DNA of 37,779 bases from assembly GCA_934454745.1 (NCBI GenBank), contig CAKSGP010000001.1, forward strand, positions 1-37,779. Direction: 5' to 3'. Origin of the DNA: an uncultured Clostridia bacterium (GTDB lineage: Bacteria; Bacillota; Clostridia; UBA1381). The position numbers and the translations under genes are program-made. The notes below the pieces were generated by a model, which was not told the origin of the DNA, ran no database searches, and saw only the letters and a list, made by a program, of their open reading frames with translations. This document shows, piece by piece, positions 16,529 to 25,837 of this stretch (positions are counted from its first letter, which is position 1; every line of letters begins with the position of its first letter).

Positions 16529-19500
16529 CGCTTATTCCTCCCCCTAATGTATTTTCCCTGTCTTTACTGTCCGTAAGCAAGAGTACCTTTTTACGGCGTT
16601 TAAGCAATAAAATAACCGTTATCCCCGCGCCTGCCGTCACGACTGCCGAGATTACTATTATAGCAATAATCCAACCGGAAGACTCGTCTGTCGGCTTTCT
16701 TCTCTTTTTTATAATTCTTTTAATAAGTGTTTTTTTATCGCCCTTATTTTTATTCTGAGAACTGTCCGTTATATCAGATGAATAATCCTCTTCATTCCCT
16801 TTTGGTTCATTAAACCACGGATGTTTATAAATCTCATCCATATCATACAACATATCACCCACAAGCTGCGCCTGCGTGTAAATCGAAGTAGGGGGATATA
16901 TTGCTATTCCGCGGCCGTTTTTCAGAGGTACAAGAACAACAGTATAATAAGTATTCGTAGAAAGACCGTCCACCGAAGCCATATTAACATTATTGCCAAC
17001 AATAAGAGATTTCAAATATTTATACAATGTAACATTATAAAGATCCTTATCGGCAAAATTCTCATATACATCAATACGGTATCCGTCGGCTCCGGGAAAG
17101 AAATCCCACCCCACGCTAAAGGAATGTCCAGAAACCTCATCTTGAATCACAAAGTAATCGTTATTAGTAGTTTCCGGAAGCGAATCGTAAAACGATCCTG
17201 CATCACCGGGTACATCAAATGGGTTATATGCTATATCGTCGGCATTCATTATTTTGCCCGTAAACACATTTCTTGCCTTATCGGCTCCGTCTACAAAGGC
17301 TCCGTTATGAGATAAAACCCCATTTTTCGATAACCACATTCCTCCGAAGAAAGCTTTTTGGCTGTTAATAAGGCTGCCGTCGTCATTACTGCCGCCAAAC
17401 TCTCCAAATCCAAATACCACACGGTCTACCACCTCATATTCGGAAAGCACTTCATTTTTGCCCTTAGAATCCTTGTATGTTTCAAGCGCCGAAAGCGGTA
17501 CATAAACATATCCTTCAAATCCGCTTGGCAAGTTAATTCTCTGACCGACAACCGTAACATTTGACCAATTAGTTGCTCCGTCCTGTAAAGTTGCAATCAC
17601 GGCGGTGTATTTTACAGAATAATATTTACTTTCAGAGGTTCTTAACTGGAAGAAGAGCGCGCTCTTACCACCTTTCTTTGTTTCAGGAATGTTAAGGTAA
17701 AAGACAAGACCTTTAGAGCCTTCAAGTGAAAACGGCATTGATACCGAAAATCTTGGGAAATGATCGCCGTGTATCCAAACATACTCCGAGCTTGTAAATT
17801 CAAGACCCCGTGTTCCGAACGGCGCATCGTAATATCCGGTTTTTTGGTCGGTTGCTTCACCGTTTTCATCAAGAACCTCCGAAAGCGAGTCATTCTCATC
17901 CGGTATATCATTTATTACAGTTGCAGCAAATTTACTATTTGCTTCATTCTTATGATCCGATGAAATTGCGGTGCTAATACTAAAAGTCTCATTGATATCG
18001 TATGAGTCAAACGGAATTTTAACTGACTCCCAAACAGCAACATCGTCACGATCATATTTTTTCGGAACATTATTGCCGAAAAGATTTATCTCGCCCATAC
18101 CGTATAGCTTTAGCTTGTCGGCGTCTGCACTGTAATCAAGAAAAGCTATCGTTCCTATCTTCGGGCTACCGTAATTTCCGCCGACCTTACGCCAACTCAT
18201 AAACAATTTTGAAACAGCGCCCTTAAGTCCTGCACCGGCATATGTTGTAATAGAGTTATAATCTATTTTTACCCACCCCTTAAAACCGGCGGGAATCAAT
18301 ATTTCGTTACTTGAATTTGCGGCAACCGTAGTCCAATAAGCATCTCCGTTTTGTAACAGGCTATATACAGCGCCTTCGGAAAGTCTGCCGTAATCCTCTG
18401 CTTTTACCTGAAGGAAAAATCGGTTTCCGACATTTTCCGGCATTTCAATATACATCATAATTCCGCCCGCAGAGCTAAGCCTTGCCTGATAGTCTGTATC
18501 AATATCAAATACTGTTCTCGGCGCATAGGCGCTGCCTTGAAGGACTACAGGTTCTCCTGAGGCGGACACCTCATATGCATAGCCTTGATTTATAGACGGC
18601 GTCAAGATATTTCCTATATTATTTACCGTAAGTTTTCCATCCGCATCATCTGAGCGGCTCAAATTACCCTGTACCACAAAGCCTGCCGAATAATCGCAAG
18701 CAAGCAAGCTTTGAATAACCTGTGTGCCGCCGAAATATATATCTGAATAATCATACTTACCGTTATTGATAACTATAAAACTTCCGAAACGAATAGATGA
18801 ATTTACATATACCTTTTCAAATCCAAAAACAAATTTTTTCACATTTTCCGGTTGCTTTTTAAAGGAAGCTGCAGGAATTCTTATCCATCCTTCAAAACCG
18901 GCAGGCAGTTTAAGAATGTTACTGCTCTCAACAGTCTCTTTTTGCCACTCGGCGGAATTTCCCATTCCAAGCAAATAATATGCAGCATTTTTATTTAACT
19001 CAAGCTCATTGCCGATAATTACCGCATTTTCGCCACTGTTTTCAAGGTTAACGTAAAAAAGTATTGCTTCACTCTGTGAAAGGGTAATGCCGGTTGATAC
19101 CTCCGTTTCTACGGCATTTTTCATATTCATAACAATATCATTTTCTTTTGCCGTGACAGTATAATTAACATATTTTGAAAGCTGTGATTTTTTTGTCTGC
19201 TCAAATGTAACCGCTCTCGCATTTTCGCCCATAGGGTAAAAATCTCCGAAGGTGATCTGTGAACCCGTATATGCCTTAATTGAAGTAATCGGCACTTCCG
19301 CATTTTTATCAACACGCATAGTGACAAGCTCTTTTGACCCGTTATTTACTGCCATAAATGTTCCGATTTTCAAATTGCCGTACTTACCGCCAAGCTCATA
19401 AGGCAAAATATTTATCGCTGTAAAACTAATTGCCGAAGTTGCTTTTTCAAGGGTATCTGTATGTAAAAAGCTGGAATACGGTATTCTTATCCAACCGCTG

Positions 19501-22500
19501 AAACCTTGCTCTACGGTAATTCTGCCATCAATTCCGGCGTCTACGCCCTTCCAGTTCTGGCTGTTACAGTCATACATAAAGTATTTAGAACCGTTAGTCA
19601 ATCCCATACCGCTGTCCCCAAGATCAATTCTGAAGCTTGAAGCAACAATGCCCTGCTTTTCAACATAAAACATTAAGGCCTGACCATCGTTTATAACAGC
19701 CGTATTATTTGTTTTAATGGTTGTATATCCGGTGCCTGCAGGAGCCTCGGTAACATAATACTTTTCTCCGAGAAAATCGCCAACAGTAATTTTATATGAA
19801 TTGTTAATTACGGATTCATCACATATAGCCTGCTTATCCGCCGTTCCTTGCTTTATGTGGAATCTGTTATCTATTTCGTCAAGAAAAGTTATGGCACCCA
19901 ATACCAATGAACCGTATTTTCCGCCAATGGAATCGGGGTATACTCTGATTATAGTTTGATTGAAATCAGTCGTTTCAGTACTGTTACCGGATTTAAAAGA
20001 AGAGATCGGTATTCTTATCCAGCCTTTAAAGCCTGCAGGAATTTCCATAAATCCAAACGAATTTTTATCGGTTGTGGTAAGCGCTTCCCACTCTCCTTTT
20101 GTAGTATCAAAACGGTAATACGGCAAATTCCTGTGACTCAGACACCAACCGCTCTTAATACCCAAACAAAGATTTATCGGAGCGGTAGCGTCACTATGGT
20201 CAACATAAAACAGCAACGAACCGTTTACATTTACTTTTTTGCCAAGCCCGGCATTAACATATAACGCCGTTCTTGTGTTTCCGTTTGAAATTGCCGAATT
20301 AAGATTGGAGTACTCGCCTTCTGCCGAAAGCTTGAATCCGGCAACCTCCCCTATAGGAGAGCTGATCACAAAATTAGTTTTTGATTCGGTATTAAGCGGA
20401 AAATCATTTCCAAGCGGAATGTAATTGTTGCTTACAAACATACTGCTCTCAAAAGCAGAGGCATTAGAAGGATCAATGCTGTCAACAAGATAAAAATCAC
20501 CTATAACGAGGCTTCCGGCTGCGCCACCCAAATTGTAAACAGAAAATCTAAGATTTTTAAGCTCTGTTACATTTGTTCTTAAAGAATTTACAGGCAGCAT
20601 AACCCACCCTGTAAATTCTGCCGGTAATGTTAAATAACTGCTGTCTGATGATAAATTTTGTACTGAATTGTAACCGCTGGATGTGGTTTTCGATTTTTTC
20701 CACACAGCTTCCTTGGAATTATAGGTATAATATTCTTTATTTGTACCGATACTGTACCAATTAAAAAGAATATTAAACTTGATTTCTTCCGTTGCGTTTT
20801 TATGATCAACATAAAACAGTAAAGCCTTATCAGTTGAATCCTGTGTAAAACCATTAGAGGCAAACAAGGTATTACCGCTTATCATAGTCTGATAACCGCT
20901 GGCGCTGCTGAATTCAAAACAGTCTCTGCCCTCGCTCAATTTAGAAACTGAAATTGTATTTAAATTTGAGTTGGTAAAGCCCGTTATGGTAAACGGAGTT
21001 GCAGAAAGTCGTGCCTTGGGATAAGTAACTGTAAACGGAGGATTGTTTTCAAGACCTCCGTGTTTTACAGATTCTACCGCAGTTGCCGTATACGGCGGAA
21101 CCTCGCCGCGTTCTTCTTTATATGTGCCGTTAGCAGCAGCGCCAGCTGAAAACTCATAATAATAACCGTTATCTATACCGGGGCTGTAAGAAGCATCATT
21201 GTTTTTGCTGCTAACCTGATAATAATCTTTATCAGCAAGGGTATTTGTTGCCGCATCCTCGGTGTTTATAACCGAAGAATTATAATAAGCCTTCTTATAA
21301 AGGTTAATATAGTTTTTCTCGCCGTCTATACGAATATCGATAGCGTTGGTAACAGCAGTTTTTGAAAGCATTACGGTACCTAAATATACACCGTCATTAT
21401 CAGTTAAAGCCTTTAAGGACTCTATTTTCTTTCCCTTTGCGCCATCAAATGAAGATGTCGGCGCAAGAACATAACCTTCAAAACCGTCTTTAATATCCGC
21501 CTTTCCCTCTGCGTCAACCGAAACGGCTTGCCATTTGCGCTCTCCGCGATTTAAAAGATAAACGGGTTCTTCGCCTTTTAGTCCGTATTTATCGTTAAGT
21601 AATAACGAAAGCTTGTTATTTTCACCTAACGACTGTCTTACATAAAGAATTACCGCACCGCCGGTACTAAGCTTAGCAGAACTATCCTCAGTAAAGTTAA
21701 GCAAAGCGGATTTGCCTTTCGTAAAATAAGTATATCCGTTTGAAAGCGCGGTTTCATTTTCTACAGCTTCGGCAGAATTTACACTTTCCGTGTCTAAAAC
21801 CGTTACACTGTTATGAGCTCTTTCAATAACTAAGTCGGCAACGCGTTTATCGTTTTCACTTTCAGTTACAACAGCTTTAAGAAGATCCTTATTCCCATTA
21901 TCTACAAACATAAAGCTGCCGAAGGAAACTCCATCTGCAGTATAATCACCGCCAAGATTTTTGGGGCGGATATTTATACGGTAAACATAATTTGAAAGTC
22001 CGGCGTTGAAAAAGCTGCTATATGGTATACGCACCCAACCCTCAAAGCCTGCCGGAAAAACAATATGACCGAGTCTTCCGTCAATGTGAGACCTGTTTGT
22101 TTTTACCGTTTCCCACTCATCGTTTCCGCGAGCAAGCATCTGAACGGTCGAGCCGTTTTTAATTTGGATATAATCGTTAGCGCCCACTGCAGGATAGATT
22201 ACATCTTCTCCGCCGTCCTTGGTTTTTACCATTGACGCGCCCACCATTTGAAAAAGCCACTCGCACTCGGGAGCTTCTGATGGCATTTTTACATAAAATA
22301 AAACGGCTTCATCTTCCTTAAATTCCGTAAAATTCGGAGTAACATTATTCCGCTTACTTCCCTCGGTGATAATAAATTCACCTTGGTTGTAAATATTTCC
22401 GACTTCGGCGCCGCTGTTATCAAAAGCTTTACCGTTTTTTAATGTTCCGAGTATATTGCCCTGAGTATCCACATACTTACTAAAGGATACTTTAACAGAG

Positions 22501-22811
22501 CCCGCACTATATTCCAAGGTCTGATCAAAGCTTATATCGGCCATTGCATTTACTTCATATGAAGTGTTTGCCGCAAGAGCGGCAGTTGCCCAACCGTAAT
22601 TAACAGTAGTGCTTTTAATTCCGGAAAGGGTGTTATCATACCTTTTTGAAGTAACGCCGAATGCGGTATTTGTAGAGCTGGCTTTATAAAAATCAAGAAG
22701 AGTTGCATTATATGCCGTTGTGTTGTCTGCCGCGCTGAAAACCTCCGGAACAAGCATTGCCGACATAATAATAAGTAAAGTTAAATAAACCGATAGTATT
22801 TTTGCCTTCAT
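16521..22811 (-). CDS. Giant (2096 aa) secreted, C-terminally membrane-anchored surface protein with 8 copies of an unrecognised repeat module
   Basis: Signal peptide MKAKILSVYLTLLIIMSAMLVPEVFSA. Eight P-x-G-F-x-G-W/Y motifs are encoded at ~22030-22059, 21461-21520, 20581-20640, 20001-20050, 19471-19520, 18861-18915, 18255-18300 and 17485-17540. An FN3-like segment lies near the C-terminus. The TM helix GWIIAIIVISAVVTAGAGITVILLL (~16602-16676) is followed by KRRKK. The stop overlaps the next gene by 8 nt. Confidence 0.85.
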   Translation of the reverse strand: MKAKILSVYLTLLIIMSAMLVPEVFSAADNTTAYNATLLDFYKASSTNTAFGVTSKRYDNTLSGIKSTTVNYGWATAALAANTSYEVNAMADISFDQTLEYSAGSVKVSFSKYVDTQGNILGTLKNGKAFDNSGAEVGNIYNQGEFIITEGSKRNNVTPNFTEFKEDEAVLFYVKMPSEAPECEWLFQMVGASMVKTKDGGEDVIYPAVGANDYIQIKNGSTVQMLARGNDEWETVKTNRSHIDGRLGHIVFPAGFEGWVRIPYSSFFNAGLSNYVYRINIRPKNLGGDYTADGVSFGSFMFVDNGNKDLLKAVVTESENDKRVADLVIERAHNSVTVLDTESVNSAEAVENETALSNGYTYFTKGKSALLNFTEDSSAKLSTGGAVILYVRQSLGENNKLSLLLNDKYGLKGEEPVYLLNRGERKWQAVSVDAEGKADIKDGFEGYVLAPTSSFDGAKGKKIESLKALTDNDGVYLGTVMLSKTAVTNAIDIRIDGEKNYINLYKKAYYNSSVINTEDAATNTLADKDYYQVSSKNNDASYSPGIDNGYYYEFSAGAAANGTYKEERGEVPPYTATAVESVKHGGLENNPPFTVTYPKARLSATPFTITGFTNSNLNTISVSKLSEGRDCFEFSSASGYQTMISGNTLFASNGFTQDSTDKALLFYVDHKNATEEIKFNILFNWYSIGTNKEYYTYNSKEAVWKKSKTTSSGYNSVQNLSSDSSYLTLPAEFTGWVMLPVNSLRTNVTELKNLRFSVYNLGGAAGSLVIGDFYLVDSIDPSNASAFESSMFVSNNYIPLGNDFPLNTESKTNFVISSPIGEVAGFKLSAEGEYSNLNSAISNGNTRTALYVNAGLGKKVNVNGSLLFYVDHSDATAPINLCLGIKSGWCLSHRNLPYYRFDTTKGEWEALTTTDKNSFGFMEIPAGFKGWIRIPISSFKSGNSTETTDFNQTIIRVYPDSIGGKYGSLVLGAITFLDEIDNRFHIKQGTADKQAICDESVINNSYKITVGDFLGEKYYVTEAPAGTGYTTIKTNNTAVINDGQALMFYVEKQGIVASSFRIDLGDSGMGLTNGSKYFMYDCNSQNWKGVDAGIDGRITVEQGFSGWIRIPYSSFLHTDTLEKATSAISFTAINILPYELGGKYGNLKIGTFMAVNNGSKELVTMRVDKNAEVPITSIKAYTGSQITFGDFYPMGENARAVTFEQTKKSQLSKYVNYTVTAKENDIVMNMKNAVETEVSTGITLSQSEAILFYVNLENSGENAVIIGNELELNKNAAYYLLGMGNSAEWQKETVESSNILKLPAGFEGWIRIPAASFKKQPENVKKFVFGFEKVYVNSSIRFGSFIVINNGKYDYSDIYFGGTQVIQSLLACDYSAGFVVQGNLSRSDDADGKLTVNNIGNILTPSINQGYAYEVSASGEPVVLQGSAYAPRTVFDIDTDYQARLSSAGGIMMYIEMPENVGNRFFLQVKAEDYGRLSEGAVYSLLQNGDAYWTTVAANSSNEILIPAGFKGWVKIDYNSITTYAGAGLKGAVSKLFMSWRKVGGNYGSPKIGTIAFLDYSADADKLKLYGMGEINLFGNNVPKKYDRDDVAVWESVKIPFDSYDINETFSISTAISSDHKNEANSKFAATVINDIPDENDSLSEVLDENGEATDQKTGYYDAPFGTRGLEFTSSEYVWIHGDHFPRFSVSMPFSLEGSKGLVFYLNIPETKKGGKSALFFQLRTSESKYYSVKYTAVIATLQDGATNWSNVTVVGQRINLPSGFEGYVYVPLSALETYKDSKGKNEVLSEYEVVDRVVFGFGEFGGSNDDGSLINSQKAFFGGMWLSKNGVLSHNGAFVDGADKARNVFTGKIMNADDIAYNPFDVPGDAGSFYDSLPETTNNDYFVIQDEVSGHSFSVGWDFFPGADGYRIDVYENFADKDLYNVTLYKYLKSLIVGNNVNMASVDGLSTNTYYTVVLVPLKNGRGIAIYPPTSIYTQAQLVGDMLYDMDEIYKHPWFNEPKGNEEDYSSDITDSSQNKNKGDKKTLIKRIIKKRRKPTDESSGWIIAIIVISAVVTAGAGITVILLLKRRKKVLLLTDSKDRENTLGGGISDE
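20495..21008. repeat. ~514-bp near-identical segment shared with 24225-24738
   Basis: The offset is a constant 3730 nt with no indels. It encodes LSATPFTITGFTNSNLNTISVS...GSLVIGDF in both giant genes. Confidence 0.85.
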
Positions 22812-22829
22812 AAAAGCTCCTTTCGAAAG

Positions 22830-22856
22830 GGCAACACCCGGCTTGCGGGTGTTGCC
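22830..22856 (-). other. GC-rich 11-bp-stem hairpin between the two giant genes
   Basis: GGCAACACCCG (22830-22840) and CGGGTGTTGCC (22846-22856) flank a 5-nt loop. The adjacent palindrome CCTTTCGAAAGG (22819-22830) overlaps the AAAGGAG RBS of the 2096-aa gene. Confidence 0.55.
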
Positions 22857-22869
22857 GGTTTTGAACAGC

Positions 22870-25812
22870 TTACTGATTCAGAAGAAATCGTCTTAACAAT
22901 GCGTCCTGCGTACCCTCTCCGGTCAAGTCAATAACACTGTTCGACTGATCGGCATTCTCATTTAAATAAACAAGATCGCATATATTTATATTTTCGTCCT
23001 TATTAAAGTCTCCCTGCTTATAAAACAAAGCGGTTTTGCCCGTGAAATCTATGTTAATAATATCAAGATCATCGCTTGTATTTATCGACATAATATCTGA
23101 AACCGAAAGACCGTTTGCAAGTGAATTAAAGTAGAATTTAATTCTGCTGAAGGATAATGTTTTTGAAACCGGAATCTTTACCCATCCCTCAAAGTTTTCA
23201 GGCAAGCAAATCATTCCGTCAGTTGAAACGCCTATCCATCCCTGCCTGTTCGTTGCATACGCCTTAACGTTTGACATATCTCCTACCGAAAGGGTAAATT
23301 TGCACTCTCTTTCGGTTTTTATATAAAGCATTATGGCTCCGCCCTCGGCAACGGTTCCTTTTGCGTTAATAGTTGAGTAAACAACATTGTTTTCATTTGT
23401 AAATACACCGTTTGCCACGCTGACATTACCGGTCACCTTTTCTGTAACCGTAGGAATATTGCCGTTTACGCCCTCATAGGAAGCTCCGTTTATAAAATGG
23501 GTGGGTGCAACCGTTGTAGCCGCCGATATATCGGAAAAAGTAACTGTGCCGACATCCATAGCCGCAGTCAAAACAGTAAAGTCATTAAATTTTGTAAAGG
23601 CACCGTTCGTTGTACTGTCATTTAAACAACCCGTATCACTGTAAATTGATGTAAGCGGAATTGATACTAAGCCCTCAAAACCTTTCGGAATGGTTATGGG
23701 AGCAATTGTTCTTCCCCACAGCTTATATTCTGTGTTTCCCGTGGATTTTTCCATCCATTTATCGGCGCAGTTGTCTAATAAATAGTACGGTTTATTTGGG
23801 GCAGTCAAGAAAAGATTGCTGCCGGTAACAAACTTATAATCGTCCGCAGTATCATTCTTCACATAAAACATTATTGAGCCGTTTTTAGTTAAAGCCATTT
23901 CATTACTCTGAACATAATAGTGCTGTGTTTTTGTAGTGCCGTCATAACTAATCTCACCGGATGAATTTGCCTGCTCTGTTCTTTTCTGTGTTGCAGTAAG
24001 GGTTGCGGTTTTTCCGCTAACCGAAATTGCAATATTTGATTGATTAAGATTAGAAGTCTGATAAATACCGTAATCCGAGGTCCGCTCTGTCTTGACTGCA
24101 GCAACCGTATCCGCTGCGGCAAACGGAAAATCGCCGCCGAGTGCTATTGAATTTGTGCTTACAAACACACTGTTGTTTAATGCCTCAGTATTTACAGCCG
24201 GATCTATATCGTCTATTAAAGTGAAATCGCCTATAACGAGGCTTCCGGCTTTGTCGCCCAAATTGTAAACAGAAAATCTAAGATTTTTAAGCTCTGTTAC
24301 ATTTGTTCTTAAAGAATTTGCAGGCAGCATAACCCAACCGGTAAATTCTGCCGGCAATGTTAAATAACTGCTGTCTGATGATAAATTTTGTACTGAATTG
24401 TAACCGCTGACTGTGGTTACAGACTTTTTCCACACAGCTTCATTAGCATTATAAGTATAATATTCTTTATTTGTACCGATACTGTACCAATTAAAAAGAA
24501 TATTAAAGTTGATTTCTTCCGTTGCGTTTTTATGATTTACATAAAACAGCAAAGCCTTATCAGTTGAATCCTGTGTAAAACCATTAGAGGCAAACAAGGT
24601 ATTACCGCTCATCATGGTCTGATAACCGCTGGCGCTGCTGAATTCAAAGCGACCTCTGCCCTCGCTTAATTGAGAAACTGAAATTGTGTTTAAATTTGAG
24701 TTAGTAAAGCCTGTTATGGTAAACGGAGTTGCAGAAAGCTTGCTGCTTCCAAGTAATTCGGCAGACTTATCTTCACCTACTGTAACGCAGTAAGAGCTGT
24801 TGTTTCCTTTATAATATTGGGCAAGCTGTTCTTCTTTTCCGACAATATCATAAAAGCCGTCGTATGAGTTCGTAAAACCGTCAAAAGAAAGAGAATTTGC
24901 AAAATAGCAACGGTTTTCGGCAAAATTGTAAGTTGTTGAGTTTACCTTTATTCCCACAGAATTTTCCACAGTATTTATATCTGCCGAAACAGTCATTAAA
25001 TTTGAAATTTCAATTACATTTTCGGTTGTAATCTTATCAAAATACAAATTGACTCTGTGCATATAGTTGCAGTTTGCAATAGCGGTTTTATTAACAAGCG
25101 TATCGTTGGGTATATATACCCAACCCTCAAAGCCTGCCGGAATAGTTATTGCTTTAGATGTTGATTTAGGACCTACACCGAGAGTAACATCTTTGTCAGA
25201 CCTAAACCATTTATCAGTACCGTCGGTAAGGAAAAGTGCCGTACTGTCTGCCATGGCAACATAACCCTGCGCATAATTTTCGCCGTTAAGCTTGATATTA
25301 CCGTTTTCATCAAATCCTACTGTTTGAAGTTCTGTGTAAAGCTTCGTTTCCTCTGCTGTTTTTCCAAGCTTAATATAGAACATAAAACCAACATCTTGTT
25401 GACTCAAATCAACAAGACCATCTAAGCCACTAAAGGTTGAATTATTATTTACAGAAGCAGTATAAAAGCACCTATAAATTGCTTGGTTTTTATAGGCTTC
25501 CACCGCATAAGCGTCAGCTATACTGTTTCCGTATTGCGGATTCCATGTGTAGGTTAAACGGTCGGAGGGAAGCGACTTCACAAGCGGCTCCTGATCGTTA
25601 TCTGCTGTATAATGTTCACCGAGGGTGGCTTTACCAGCAGAGAACGATCCTGCCTGCGGAAGTTGTGAACTTGAATATGAGCCCGATACTATATTGATGT
25701 TTTTTCCTTGAACAACCGCAGGTTCATTCTCTGCCATGGCTCCGATAAATATTTGCGAAACTAAAAGGAGTAATGCTAATAAGATTGCCGTTGATTTTGT
25801 GGTTTTTTTCAT
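22870..25812 (-). CDS. 980-aa secreted protein with 4 copies of the same repeat module and a C-terminal dockerin-like segment
   Basis: Signal peptide MKKTTKSTAILLALLLLVSQIFIGAMA. Module motifs are encoded at ~25100-25150, 24311-24360, 23641-23700 and 23161-23215. The C-terminal GDFNKDENINICDLVYL fits the DxNxDxxIxxxD calcium loop of dockerins. The second loop, DLTGEGTQDALL, is degenerate. Confidence 0.8.
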   Translation of the reverse strand: MKKTTKSTAILLALLLLVSQIFIGAMAENEPAVVQGKNINIVSGSYSSSQLPQAGSFSAGKATLGEHYTADNDQEPLVKSLPSDRLTYTWNPQYGNSIADAYAVEAYKNQAIYRCFYTASVNNNSTFSGLDGLVDLSQQDVGFMFYIKLGKTAEETKLYTELQTVGFDENGNIKLNGENYAQGYVAMADSTALFLTDGTDKWFRSDKDVTLGVGPKSTSKAITIPAGFEGWVYIPNDTLVNKTAIANCNYMHRVNLYFDKITTENVIEISNLMTVSADINTVENSVGIKVNSTTYNFAENRCYFANSLSFDGFTNSYDGFYDIVGKEEQLAQYYKGNNSSYCVTVGEDKSAELLGSSKLSATPFTITGFTNSNLNTISVSQLSEGRGRFEFSSASGYQTMMSGNTLFASNGFTQDSTDKALLFYVNHKNATEEINFNILFNWYSIGTNKEYYTYNANEAVWKKSVTTVSGYNSVQNLSSDSSYLTLPAEFTGWVMLPANSLRTNVTELKNLRFSVYNLGDKAGSLVIGDFTLIDDIDPAVNTEALNNSVFVSTNSIALGGDFPFAAADTVAAVKTERTSDYGIYQTSNLNQSNIAISVSGKTATLTATQKRTEQANSSGEISYDGTTKTQHYYVQSNEMALTKNGSIMFYVKNDTADDYKFVTGSNLFLTAPNKPYYLLDNCADKWMEKSTGNTEYKLWGRTIAPITIPKGFEGLVSIPLTSIYSDTGCLNDSTTNGAFTKFNDFTVLTAAMDVGTVTFSDISAATTVAPTHFINGASYEGVNGNIPTVTEKVTGNVSVANGVFTNENNVVYSTINAKGTVAEGGAIMLYIKTERECKFTLSVGDMSNVKAYATNRQGWIGVSTDGMICLPENFEGWVKIPVSKTLSFSRIKFYFNSLANGLSVSDIMSINTSDDLDIINIDFTGKTALFYKQGDFNKDENINICDLVYLNENADQSNSVIDLTGEGTQDALLRRFLLNQ
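24225..24738. repeat. Partner of the 20495-21008 repeat
   Basis: See 20495-21008. Confidence 0.85.
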
Positions 25813-25837
25813 AAAAACACATTCCTTTCATAAAAAA

